Shown here in pieces: positions 49,341-62,660 of a stretch of DNA of 64,000 nucleotides. A program made the position numbers and the translations under genes. The notes beneath the pieces are model-generated. The model was not told the DNA's origin, made no database searches, and saw only the letters and a list, made by a program, of their open reading frames with translations. How positions within the stretch are numbered: the stretch's first letter is position 1; each line of letters starts with the position of its first letter. The stretch is from Lama guanicoe (Eukaryota). The DNA lies in contig MU053934.1 of assembly GCA_013239625.1 (NCBI GenBank), positions 3,056,399-3,120,398 on the forward strand, written 5' to 3'.

Positions 49341-50499
49341 TGAGCTGAGCTCTAACTCCTGTGCCTCTATTTCTTTCTTTACAAACCAGACCAGCTCGTA
49401 CCTACATTAGAATTAAATGAGATTGTGTGTGCTCAGTGAGACCACGCAATGGTGAGAGAATTTATTTACTGATGTTATTATTGGTATAAAGCAAGGACTG
49501 TGTCCATTGGGGTGGGCTCAGTGGAAGAAACACATGGCAGAGCAGGTGTGAGCACAGGAGAGAGGGAGGCGGGGTGTGGCCAGGCCCCAGGGCCACCAGG
49601 AGGGTCCTCAATTTATCCCAAGGCCCCAGAAGAGCAGGGAACAGAGAGGCTCTCCTCTATTCTGGCCCACTGGAAGGGGTTTCTCGGGGCTTTTAAACAC
49701 TGAACGTATTAATGTATAGGGTCTGACCCCTACACATCTGTGTCTGTGTCATGTGTCGTGTGTGTGTATGGGGGTGGGAATGGGGAGACTTAGTGGATTT
49801 TTGGTTTGTTTCAGAGGAGAAGTAACTTTAAAAGCACAACGATCTTGTCTGAGCTGAGACCAGGAAAGGCCCTGGGGTTTCCCCCTGCACCCTGTCCCTT
49901 TCAAGAGGGTGGGTCTCCTGGGAGGCAAATAAGCTGAGGTCTTGCCTTGGAACTTCAGGACTTAGGAGGGCAGTGGAGGTGGCCGGGAGCTCTGGGAGAG
50001 TGGGGAATGGAAGCCCACAGTGTTTCCCTGGCTGGGAATTGGGGGACTTCCGTGTTGTCAGGAACGGGGTCTTAGATCTGTTTTCATTCCTTTCTTTTAG
50101 CTTCTCTAGAGTGTCAGCCCCTGAGGGCAAGAATTCAGGTGCACCGCTGGACCCCTGCACCTAGAACAGTGCCTGGCAAGGAGTAGGTGCTCAGTAAATC
50201 TGTGTTGAATGAATGGATGAAGCTTAGACAGAGAAGCGTAATCGTCTTCAGGATGGGAAAGTCTGGCACTCATGAATTAGTGAACACGGAGGTGGGACAG
50301 GCTCCACACCTGGTACCATGACCCTTACGGATGAACTTCTTAAGTCCTTACCACAGCCTCATCTCTCTTTTAAAGAAACTTGACTGTGCTTAGGGCCTGC
50401 TGGGGCTGGCATTGCTTCTTTACACTGTTCAGACAGTTTCCTGGGACCTCCAATAGTGGCGACTGGGAGTTTCTGGTTGCTTAACACCCATATTCCCAA

Positions 50500-50986
50500 A
50501 TTCCGGTAAGGTTCTCAGTCTCCATTTCAGACCCAACCCCCCCTTCACCTAGAGTGTGTGGTTTGGCCCGGGGCTGCCTCCACTCCTTGCTCTATGCAGC
50601 ATGTAGCCCAGACTTGACCAATCGGACCACAGCATCTTCCTAACAAATATAATTGGTTGAAGGGACAGCCCAAGACCTATGCTAGTCCAATCAGAGTGAG
50701 CCTGAATCAGAACTTTGCCTGCGGCAGACACTTGCTTTTTTTTTTTTAAACTGAACTTGAAGCTGGAAGGATGAAGCCTTAAGAGTCACCTGCCTAAGAA
50801 TGAACCAGACAGCAGAAGGTAGAGCAAAGAGGTACAGGAAAGTGAGCCCTAATGATACCATCGAGTCCCCTTGATCAAGCTATACCTGAAGTCATGATAT
50901 TTCCAAACTTGAATCAATAAATTTATTTTCTGCTTAAGCAGGTTGAACTGGGTTTCTATTTGCAATGGCAAAAGTCCTGACTGGCA
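50500..50986 (+). mobile_element. Old MaLR LTR (MLT1J/K/L-like) overlapping the RAC2 3' end
   Basis: Two ccaatc boxes, then gatcaagctatacctgaag...aataaattt...tgcttaagcaggttgaactgggtttct...ttgcaa...aaaagtcctgact...ca, which is an MLT1 3' terminus. Confidence 0.75.
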
Positions 50987-51662
50987 GGGTCTGAAAGTCT
51001 TAAGACTCTCACAAGTAAATGCAGCTCAGGATCCTGTGAGTGGAGCAGAAAGGCTTGAGATGGCAGGAGTCAGCTGGACCCAGCCTCTTGACTGGCTGGG
51101 CAGATGCCCACAGACATTTTAGAAAATCTGAATGTTTTATGTTGTCCCAAAAGAGGACTAAGACCAGAGAAGTAAACTGCTGAGACATTTTAGCTCAGTA
51201 GGAGAACTTTCAGACAAGAAAAACCATCGATATTGGAGTACACTGCCTCAGGAGGGAGAGACTTGTCCCTGAACATACACAAGTGGTGGCTGGCAACCAT
51301 CTGGCCCGACGTTTCCAGAGGGGATTCAGGCATTGGATGGAAGGCATATACAGGTAGATGATGCTATGTGGGGGCGTCTGACCGCAGCAACGCAGGGGTG
51401 GTTTATTGGGTCCTGGGGCTCCCCTCTGGCCCCTGGGAGTGCAGGAGCATGAGAGGATGGGGATGCAGCGCCTACAAATTCACACCCTTCGGGCCCCAGA
51501 GGGCCTCCAGCACAGAGAAGACGATCAACCAAGCTCTGAAGCCATGTGCTAAGAGACGCCACAGGGAGGGGACAGCATGGCCAGCCGGGGTGCCGTCGGG
51601 CTTTTGCTGGGGGCCCTGAAGGGTCAGAAGCACCTCCCACGGCTGGGAGGGCTGGGTACGTC
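50900..51662 (-). other. RAC2: RAC2 terminal non-coding exon (3' UTR)
   Basis: Polypyrimidine acceptor tatcttccttccag| precedes 51662, AATAAA at 50922-50927. The sequence resembles the mammalian RAC2 3' UTR as I recall it. Confidence 0.85.
50922..50927 (-). terminator. RAC2: RAC2 poly(A) signal AATAAA
   Basis: tttatt on + strand at the end of the 3' UTR exon. Confidence 0.8.
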
Positions 51663-52258
51663 CTGGAAGGAAGATAGGCAGGCAGTAAGAATTTGGGGAC
51701 AAGCAGAATCCACAGCCCACACCCAGCTTTTGCTCAAGGTCTGCCAAGTCCTTTCCATTCTTCTTGTCCCCCCTCCAGGAAGCCTTGTGGCTGCCTCCAA
51801 CCCACACCCACCCCTCTTCTGCCCCCAGCAGCCTCATAGCTCAGGCTGCCCTGCTTCACCCCTATATGTGGGTGTCAGGCCTTCCTGGCTCAGCCCAGGT
51901 CTCCTGAGGGGCAGGGGCCAAGGTATCTGCACCCTGGTCCTCCCGCCCTCCTGCAGGGACGCGGAGTGGGAGCTCACTGACCCCACGCCTTGGCTCAGGT
52001 TTCCTGGCGTTTTCTGAGACCCTGGACCTTCTTTCTGGGAACTGGGCTCACAGAGCAGGACTGGATCCGAGAAATGGGGAAACTGATGCCTCTTTGATGC
52101 TCCCTCATCTCTCCTGGTCTAAATGCCATCCCAGTGAAACTTAGGGCCCCTGAGCAGGGGCCTCCCTCCCAGCCGGAGCCCGCTCTGTGTGGGAAGTGGT
52201 GTGGGGAGCGGGGGAGGGGACAGAGGGTCCTGAAGCTGAGGGGGAGGGGTTCTTACCC

Positions 52259-52423
<165 letters not shown>

Positions 52424-55400
52424 TCAGGGCCGGGCAGAGCCCCCTCCCAAGCCACATCACTGTGCCAGGCTGTGGGGCCCACCTGGGCAGTGTCACTCAG
52501 GGCAGGGTATTCACCCCTCGGGCCCAGCTTCCTCATGTCTGAAATGGGGAGCTTGAATTCAGAGGGAGAAGTTAAGACCAATGAGAGCAGGTGTGTGTCT
52601 TTCTTGGGCAGGGAAGCCCTCGGTTTGCAGAAGGCAGCAGGAATTCTGATACTTTCCTGGCAAGAAAGGAGCTCAAGCTACAGTGACTAAATCTATGGGC
52701 ACCTCACTTTCTTCAAGAACATCGCCACGTACCTACCTCCACGCATCCCCTGGGAGGCCTGAGGACCCCACGGCTCATGCCCCAGGCCCTTCCAAATGTC
52801 ACCTAATTGGTCCTTAGCATCACCTCATTTTACAGATGAGAAAACTGAGGCTCAGAAGTCGCTTGTCCAAAGTCACACGCTAGACACATCCCCTCCCCCT
52901 AGGGGTGGCTGGGGACCCTCAGCAAGAAGAATGGGGACTAGGGAGCCCCCCTTCCCCCAGGAGGGGACAAGACTCCTCCCATGTGACCATTCAAGGCTGG
53001 AGCCTGGGGCACAGCCAGCGAGAAAGGCAAGCTGAGCCCTGACTCCCAGGGCCAGTGTTCCATGGCCTTCTGGAAGGAATCTGTGTGAGTTCCTGTATTC
53101 ACTACAACCCAAGCAGTTTCCCTGAAGTGAGCAACAAAAAAATCCCCCTGAGAGAGGCCTGGGGGCTGATTTCAGAAATAAGAGGAAGGAGAGGGCCAGG
53201 GGAGGGGGGGAAACTGTGTCTCCTCGCTGGTGAGAAGGAAGCAGATGGACGGTGATCAGCACCTGCTCCCTGCCAGGCACTGAGCTGGGCGCCTCGGACA
53301 ACCCTGTGAAGAAATACTATGATTCCCCACTTCCCAGGTGAGGAAACAGGCCCAGAGAGGGGAAGCCCTGGACCCAGAGACACACAGCTGGGAGAGGGGA
53401 GCCAGGCTCTAGGGAGGGGCAGCCTGGGGACCAGGGAAGCCCACCAATGCCTGGGGCTGGGAGAAGGAAAGGGTGGGGCAAGGAAGAGGACACTGAGGCT
53501 CAGAGGGGATGTCACTTGTCCAACGTCCCACACTGGATGTCCCCCTTGCCTGTGGGAACATTCTCCCACCGGGGAGCACGGGCAGTGGTCTCAGGGCTCA
53601 TTCGGCAGGAACGGAGCATCCCCAGCTGGGTCCAGGAGTCTCGTCACCATTACCCTCTGTGCCCAGAAGGGTGTCACTGGGCATTTGGCCACTGTCTCCC
53701 TGCAAGGGACCCTAGCCAGTGACCACTTGTTCCTTCCACACCCACCAACTGCGTACTCTTTGGCACCTGCCACCCTCTTGCTTCTTGACTCAGTGGTGTC
53801 CAGAGAAAGGGTCCTGACTGGGGGCCTGGCCACTCCAGGACTTTGGCCAGTCCCCTTCTCTGGGCCTCAGTCTCTCATCTGTGGGAGCAACAGATGATTT
53901 CAGTCATGACTGAGGGAGCCAGGCAGCCCGAGTTTGAGTCTAGACTCTGCCACATCCTGGCTGGAAGGCCTTGAGCCAGTAACTTCTCCTCCCTAAGCCT
54001 CAGTTTCCTCCCCTGTAAAGTGAGGTGATGAGAGCCCCTCCTTCATAGTTGCTATGACAGTGAAGTGGGCGAACACACAGACCCAGCACCCAGGAAGCGC
54101 TCAATCCATGCCGCCCGTGATTAGCAGCTGGGATCAGAGCTGCCCCACAACTTATCATCGTCCTGGGCTGGTGGGCAGAGGAAGCAGCTGTCCTGCTCAT
54201 CAGCCCGCAGGTCCCCCAGGCTCCCCCTTGGCCTGGGCTGGTCTGAGGCAAGTTCAAGGTCACTTCCCCTGCCCCATCCCCACCTGGGATCAGCTGCAGG
54301 AAGGATTGGCTGGAGGCCAAGGCAGGACCCCCCCAGTCATCTCACGGAGGAGAAGGGACCTTTGGGGAGTGTGTAGGCTGGCTTGTGTCAATGGGGAAAC
54401 TGAAGTCCAGAGAGGGAGAGCCACTGGCTCGAAGTCACACAGACAGTCAGTGCCAGAGCTGGGAGCAGAATCCAGGCTTCCAGGGCCTGTCTTATACCAA
54501 ATCCTGCGCTTTAAAAAGGAAGGGTCAGATGCAGCTGGAGAGTCACTGTCTTGGGTGGAAGGAGTCCAGAGAGGACAGGCTGGCAGAAAGAAGAGCAGGC
54601 AGGCATGCAGTCCCCAGCATTAGTGAGGAAAGACCAGCGGGGCTGCGAGCCAGAGCCCCTAAAATGGGGCCTAGGGCCAGGGTTTAAGCAGCAGTGGGAG
54701 CTCCTGGGACAGATGGCCATGTCCCTGGGCTAGTCATGTGAAGGGGGAGGTGACGGCTGCGGTTTCTCTTCCTGTGAAGAGATGTGAGTCCCCAGGGCCC
54801 TCCCAGTTCCGGCGGAAGGAAGAAGGGTAGGGCTGGGGCAGGGATGGGTTGGGGAAGGCCCAACTAGTTCGGGGGCCAAACCCTGGGCCTGCGGGACCCT
54901 GTGGTGAGACAGAGCATCCTGAGCAGGCAGGTCGCTGCTCAGAGTGGCCAAATCCAGCTGGTGGTCCCAGGCTCTTGGACAAGTGTCCCATCCCTGGGCT
55001 GCAGGCAGGTTAGGGCCTGACCAAGGACAGCAGGCCTGTACGCCATGGAAGAAGCCAGACCTATCGGTCATCACCTCCACGGTGCAGGCAGCCCTGAGCC
55101 ACCATGAGGAGGCCCCCAAGCCAGTAGTTTGTTGTCCTGTGTTCAGATCCTGGTTCTGCCACCTACCAGCTGCGTGACCCTGAGAAGCCACTACACGTCT
55201 GTGGCCCAGTGATCAAGAAGCAAAGAGGAGTTGGGTTGAGAAGCCGGGGCGGGGGCTGGGGGATGGTGGGAGTCGGGAAAGGAAAACGAGAAGGAGGCAG
55301 AAGAGAAGGCATTACCCTTCAAACCCAAGCAGAAGCACCTCCTCCAGGAAGCCTCCCCGGTTGACCCAAGCTCAGCTTGGCTGCTGGTGCTCTGTGCAAC

Positions 55401-55624
55401 CACAGCACACCCCTGCTTCTGTCTGTCAAAAGGCACTCATCTCAACACCTGCTTATGGATTATACTGCTAATAATAATTAACTCAGAGTGCTTCCCATGG
55501 GTGGTGCTGCTCTAGGAACTTCCTGGGTACGAATTCATTTAATGTTCCCAACCACCCAGAACTGACACTGTTGAGGAAATACAGGCACAGAGAGGCTAAG
55601 TGACCCGCCCAGGTCCCACAGCTA

Positions 55625-56131
<507 letters not shown>

Positions 56132-56351
56132 TTAGAAAGTAAAGTGTAATATACCAGCCTCCGCTGAGACTCTGAGTCTCATCCCCTGAGTCCCCCTGCC
56201 CCACACCTGCCCTGGTTGGCACGGAGGACTCTCTCTGCCCATACCATCACTGCTCCAGGGACAGGCCAAAGTCACCGGTCCCTCCCTCCCATGCTCCTTC
56301 CCTCAGGGTCACCTGCTCCATCACCCCAAGCCCCTGCTCCGTCCCACTCAC

Positions 56352-56414
56352 CTTGGCACGGACATTCTCGTAGGAGGCTGGGCTGACGAGGGAGAAGCAG
56401 ATGAGGAAGACATC
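56352..56414 (-). CDS. RAC2: Rac2 exon 4 ([21 protein letters not shown])
   Basis: 63 nt with ccccag| acceptor and |gtgagt donor, in frame. Confidence 0.97.
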
Positions 56415-56934
56415 CTGGGGGATCAGGCAAGGGTCATTCCTAAAGGGAGGTCTGGAGGCATCCCCCTTGGGCCCTCCCACCCCTGGGCAGCCACTGAGGG
56501 CTGGAATAGCCCCGGGGATGCTGTGTACTGAGGATCCACTGGAGCAGGGACTCCCTTCCTGCCTCTGCTACCAAGCTGCTGCTTGTTAGGAAGGAACAAT
56601 CCTTCCTAAAAGCCAGGGCTTGTTCTAAGCAGTTTACCCTCACACACCGCTATAGCAGCACTGCTAAAGCCCCATTCTACAGATGGGAAGAGTGAGGCTT
56701 ATAAGGATTAAAGGGTCTGCTATCTGGAACTCCGGAATCCACACTCCTCACCAGGCATTCACTACCCCGTCGTCTGATCACCAGCCCCAGCCCTTTCCCT
56801 ATCCCAAAGGGAGAAACTAGCAGCCACAGAGCCAACTGTAGGTGTACCCACCTCTCTCCTCCCCACCCCAGCACCCCCAGGGCTCACCATCCTGAGTTCC
56901 CTAGTGGGTCCCTGTCCAGGATCTGCCTACCCTA

Positions 56935-57318
<384 letters not shown>

Positions 57319-57659
57319 TCAGTCTCCAGTCCCAGAGTCTGAGGACTTGCAGTCCATGGTCCCACGGCAGAGGCCAAGACCCAGAGAAGGGCTACAACAG
57401 GACCAAAGTCACACAGCATTATGCAGTTGGGTTTTCTTTTTTCTTTTTTTGAAATACTGATTCATTGCATTAAATAATTTTACACACAGCTAAGCAAGCA
57501 TCAGCTATTGTTCTGCCCTTACCCATCCTTGCGAGAGATGATTTTTCAAGGTTGCACAACTTTCCTACCAAGGCATGATGAGAATAAACTTTTCCTGCCT
57601 CCTAGGCTGGACACTGTGGCTGGTCACCCAGTATTTGTTGAATGAGTGTTCATCCCCAT

Positions 57660-57960
57660 CTTAGGTTGGGCTCACCCAGAAGCAAACCCAGCGATAAGGA
57701 AGTAGTACAAGTGGTTTATTTGGAAGTGACCCCGGGCAGTCGAGGAAAGGGAGTGGGGGAGAGGAAGGGACAGCAGCCGATATAGGACATGCTATTGAGC
57801 TGTTACTGGCGGGGGTGGGGGAGAGCATGGAGGGACTCGAACTAGGCTTTGCTGGTGCCACTGTGCTCAGGGCGTCCCCCAGAGGATGCAGGAGGGAGCC
57901 GGGGTATTCACCCACCATCTCCACCACGCACTGACAGAGGGATGTCCTGGGGTGTTAATT
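57660..57960 (-). mobile_element. ERVL-type LTR remnant in RAC2 intron 2
   Basis: aggttgggctcacccagaagcaaac...aagtggtttatttggaagtga. Confidence 0.45.
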
Positions 57961-60900
57961 CCCTGGCCTTCCAGCCCACCCCAAGCGCATGCCAAAAGCT
58001 GTCAGTCATGGAAGATTTCTGGAAATAGCACTGGCACATACTGGAAAGACTCTTGCTAAGGGATAGGGTGGGGCAGATGCTAAAATCTCCCTTCTGGTAC
58101 CAGAGAGGCCTCCGCGGCAATCAAACGAGCTTTCAGATTTTTTAAATTCAGTCCAGTAGTTTTCTCACATCCCTAAGAGGGAGAAGCTGGTTCATACTCT
58201 GGAAGAGCAAACTGGGATCAGAGAGGTAGAGTGACTGGCCCAAGGCCATACAGCCAGTGAGCAACCAAACTATGTGAGAAGCCAGTTTCATCTGATTCCA
58301 CATCCAGTGCTCCCTGCCCCTTGCCACAGCTGCACTGCCACAGATGGGCTGGGGACCACCACTTTCTCTCTCCTCACTGAGGTCACCCACGGAGGCGCTG
58401 CTCCTTGTCCTCTAAGCTGGGCCACTAAGACCTCAGCCTCCTCCAGCTTCTCCTCCTAGTCCTCCCATCACACACCAGCCAAGCCATTCCATTTCCAGGT
58501 AAGGCTCACCCCTCCTGCCTCCCTGAGCTTGTTCACCATGTGTCCCTGCCTGTACCCAGACCACGTGGTCCTCCACACTCTCCAGCTTTTGCTATTGTCT
58601 GTGCCCCTCTCAGGAACACCCTTTCACCCCCTTGTCACCTTTGTCTCCTATTCATGCTTCAAAACCCTGCCCAAGCAGTCCCTCTTTTGTGGGGAAAACT
58701 CCCGGCCACCTCCTTCCCTGCCCTCCACCTGGAAAGAGCTTGTCGTCCCCACCCTCAGGCAACTGCTTTGCCTCAACTATGAGCCAACATTTAGTGTGTC
58801 TCCTTCCTGCCACAGGCTGTGGGCTCTGTGGGGGAGGAGCCCCTGTCTGCTTCACCTTTGAAGTCTCAGGACTGGCACCTAGTGAGGGTAGGTGGATCGG
58901 AGTCAAACCAAATTGAACTGAAGCCCTAGGGGTGCCACCTCCTCCACGAAGCCCTCACAGAACGCTGCTCAGTGACAGGCTGCAGAAGCCCTAATATTTC
59001 AGAGCAACTCCAAAGACATCTGTCCTGAGACAGGCACCCACCCCTAAAAAGAGTGAGCAGTCTGACGTGTTTAACACGCTGTGCCTGTTCAGCCCTGGTT
59101 CCGCAGACGGCCCTGCTCCCTCCTGCCTGGAAAGCTCCTGCAAGCGCCTGACTTCCCACTCTTCTTCTCTCGCCGTGCCAGGCTGACTCTTACTCATCCC
59201 CGGTCTAGCCCATTTCAAGGTCACCTCTTCCAGGAAGACTGATCTGAGCCCCAGCCTGTTCGGGGCCCCCACCCCATCCCAACTCAGAAATCTTTGGTAA
59301 ATTCAGCACCCAAACGGCAGACATCAAGCCTGGCTTGTTCCTCACTGCCCCTGGAGGCCAGCATGGAACTGGGCACATAGTCGGTGCTCTGTGTACCTAC
59401 TCTGGATACCACCCACACCGCCGTGGGATTTCAGATAGAAGGAGCTGTCCAGGGAGACACCGCTGGGCATGATGGGGAAAGAAGTGCCTGTGGTTTTTTT
59501 TGGCTTTGGCCAGAAACACTCCTCTGGGATGAGCTCAGGATGTAGGAACATTTTCCTCTAATGTCCAGTTTGAAATTCTAGCGCCAAAAAACCCCCCAAG
59601 ATTCCTTGAGCCAAAAGCATCTGTCTTCTCCAAGCTACCTCCAGTAGCAATGGGGAAAGAGATGGTTTCTGGGACATATAGCAACACTGAGCACCTACTC
59701 TGAGGCTGGGCAGAGGTCCAGGGACCTTCATACATACATTAGGGACCATGTGACCCAAGACAAAAGAACTTGAAGTTATTCCCATTAGACAGTTGAGAAA
59801 ACCTGGGCCCCTAGAGGTCAAATAACTTGTCCAAAGCCAGCCAGCTCATAAGCAGAGGAGCTAGGATTGAGACTGGCTCCTTCTGCACACTCATTTGTGA
59901 GCGAGCAAGTAGACAAATGCACTGCAGGAGGGTTGATAGCCACCCAGAGCTGGGAGAGAGCAGAGAATTCCTTGTGAAGCCTCATCTTGGCTGTGTGACT
60001 CTGGGTGAGCAACCCAGGTTCTCTGAGCCTCGCTTTCTTCACTGTGAAAAAACCCTATCTTTTGGGGCCATTAGGAGGATCCAGGGACAGAGGATGTTCA
60101 AGCCACCCCATGGGGAGATGCTGATAAGCTGAGCATTCTCATCCCTAAACATCCCATCCCCGGCCCCTCCCCAGGGGACCAGCTGCCAGAGCCTGAGTGG
60201 TCATTGCAGGGACAATGATCCAAAACTCCTGGTGTCCCCCTTACTTCGGAGACCCACTGGCAGCCAAGACCAGAGGAACCTGACACCACCACCATGGCTA
60301 ACCCTTACTTCCATTTTCCAGATGAGAAACTGAGGCTCGCGGACAGGAAGGGACTTGCCCAAGATCTCACAATCAGTTGGTGGCAGAGCCAGGACTCGAT
60401 CTTGTTACCCAGTTCAGAAAAGCCCACGGTGGAAGCATCACTCCCAGTTCCTGGCTGGAGACTGAGTGGCGTTTGAGCCAGGGTGTGGGGGCTGACCCTG
60501 AGCCCTGGAGAGGGCAGGGAGCTCAATGATCTTCTTAAACTGAGATGGTTTCAGTGGGCCCAGAAAGAGGATGCTATCATTGTGCCCGTTTTACATATGA
60601 GGAAAAAAACTAAGATTCAGTGCCTGAGAGAGACGCCTGGCGTGAGAGTGCTCACGGCCACACGGTTGGAGTGCTCTCACCCAGAGTCCGTGTGGCCTCT
60701 TTCTGCACCCCCTCCCCGCACCAGGGCTGCAGGCCTGGCGTGGAGTGGAGGAGGGGGATGGGAGACATGAAAGGGGGCTCAGCACCAGGCATCACCTGAC
60801 CCCCGCCAAGGCACTCACAGACCACAGAGACCAGGGGGTGTGCCTGTCTGGTGACTTGGGGGCCAGGGAGGATTGACAGGTCAGGTGGGGCGTGGACCAC

Positions 60901-62404
60901 TGTTGTCTGAAGGCCATGGTTCTCCAGACAGTGGGGATCCACCCAGGCAGGGAGGTGACGTGATTAGCTCTGCATTTAGGAAAAGGCCCTCTTGGCCGGT
61001 GGGAGGAGAAGTCTTGGAGAAGGGTGAGAGGGGAAGCCGGGAGAGCCGTGGGAGGAGGCTCCTACAGAGAGGAGATGGGGGAAGCAAAGAGGGGCCCCAG
61101 ATAGGGCTCGAGGGGACAGAGAGGGTGTATGAGCAGCGGGGAGTCTTGAGCCAGCTGGACACAGTGCGGGGCCGGCATGCCTGGTGGCAGGAGTACGGGG
61201 TCAGGGGAGTTGGGAGGCCAGGCAGGGCAGCTCGGCAGGACCCCTGGTGTGTCCCCCTTGGGAGGCTGGAGGGCACCCTGTCTATGGGAATTGCTTGCTT
61301 TGCCAGTTTACAAAGGAAGGTGAAAACTAAGTACCAGCTGATCTGACCTAAATTAACCACATGCGTCCTTCCTTCCCAGAGAGAAGCCCCACAGAGCTGA
61401 GCCCCTGCTGGTGGCTGGGTTCCAGCACCTTCTCAGGGCAGGCTGGAGCATGCTCAGGTGGTCGGGTCACTACGGAGCGCCCGCAGTGTGCTCGGCACTG
61501 ATCTAGTGAACTAGACAGACCAGTGCTCTGTCCTCATGGAGTTCCCATCCCAGCAGGGGAAGTCAGATCAGGACGGGCTATGAAGACCCTCAGGAGAGAG
61601 GTGGGATGGACAGGGCCCGGGGAGAGGGTGGAGCAGCTTCAGAGGTAGGGGTCAGGGAGGGGATACCTGAGCAGGGCACTGAGTGGAGAAGTGGGGAGCG
61701 CAGCGGCCTGGGGGAGGCTGTCAGGTCTGGTCCCTGAGGAAGCCGGGAGTCCAGAGTGGAATGGCTAAGAGATGGCTTTTAAGGGAGGAATTTGGGTCAA
61801 CATGTGGCTCCATCTAATTTTTGATTTGAAAGCTGGGCTTCCGTTTGAGAATGATGGTAAGAAAGGAGGGCAGGTCAGGGAGGACCTCCCCTCCAATGTC
61901 ACAGGCACCGGAGAGCAGGGTCTCCTGCCAGGTCTTTGTATCCCCAACACCCAGCGCAGGACCATCCACAGAGCAGGCTTCGGTCTCCTCGCCTGTGAGA
62001 CGGGGGTGTGACCCTGAGCTGTTATCCCCCAACCCCCGCAGCAAGCTGAGTCCAGCTCTCCCTCTTATCTGATCCAGCCCGCTTCTCCTGGCCCCACCAA
62101 ACCGTCCCATCCCCGGCTCCAGCGCTCTCTGGACCTTTACCTCTGTGCCAGAGATCACGAGCTGCCTGCTTTCCCCAACTCTACTCTGCCGGGCTGCCCC
62201 CACCCTCCAGTGCCGAGGGCTCAGTGTGACTTATTTCCCCTCCCTGTCACAGGGGTGCAGGCTCTGCAGCAGCTGGTACAGAACTGAGCAACTCTGTAGG
62301 GAAGGCAAAGAGGGTGGGGTGCAGGACTGGCCGCATACTGGGCAGGGCCCGATGCAAAACAAAAATGCAGGGCCCCGTGTTCAAACATTTAAGAATTTCA
62401 GTAT

Positions 62405-62448
62405 ATGGTAAACTGACTATACCTTAATTAAAAAAAACTTACTAAAAA
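62405..62448 (+). mobile_element. Very short L1 3' terminus with A tail
   Basis: gtaaactgactataccttaattaaaaaaaa, flanked by a perfect 14-bp duplication aagaatttcagtat (62391-62404 and 62449-62462). Confidence 0.7.
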
Positions 62449-62462
62449 AAGAATTTCAGTAT

Positions 62463-62660
62463 GTACAAAGTAGATAAACAAAGAGGTCCTACTGGATAGC
62501 ACAGAGAACTATATTCAATATCTTGTAATAATTAATAATGAGAAAGAATATATATATATGTATAGCTGAATCACTATGCTGTACACCGGAAACACAACAT
62601 TGTACATCAACTATACTTCAGTAAAAAAAAGCAAACAAATAAAAAACAACACCAACAAGA
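62463..62660 (+). mobile_element. 5'-truncated L1 3' end with A-rich tail
   Basis: gtcctactggatagcacagagaactatattcaatatcttgtaata...gaatcactatgctgtacacc...aacattgtacatcaactatacttcagtaaaa is a typical laurasiatherian L1 3' terminus. It is flanked by agaatttcag repeats. Confidence 0.85.
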
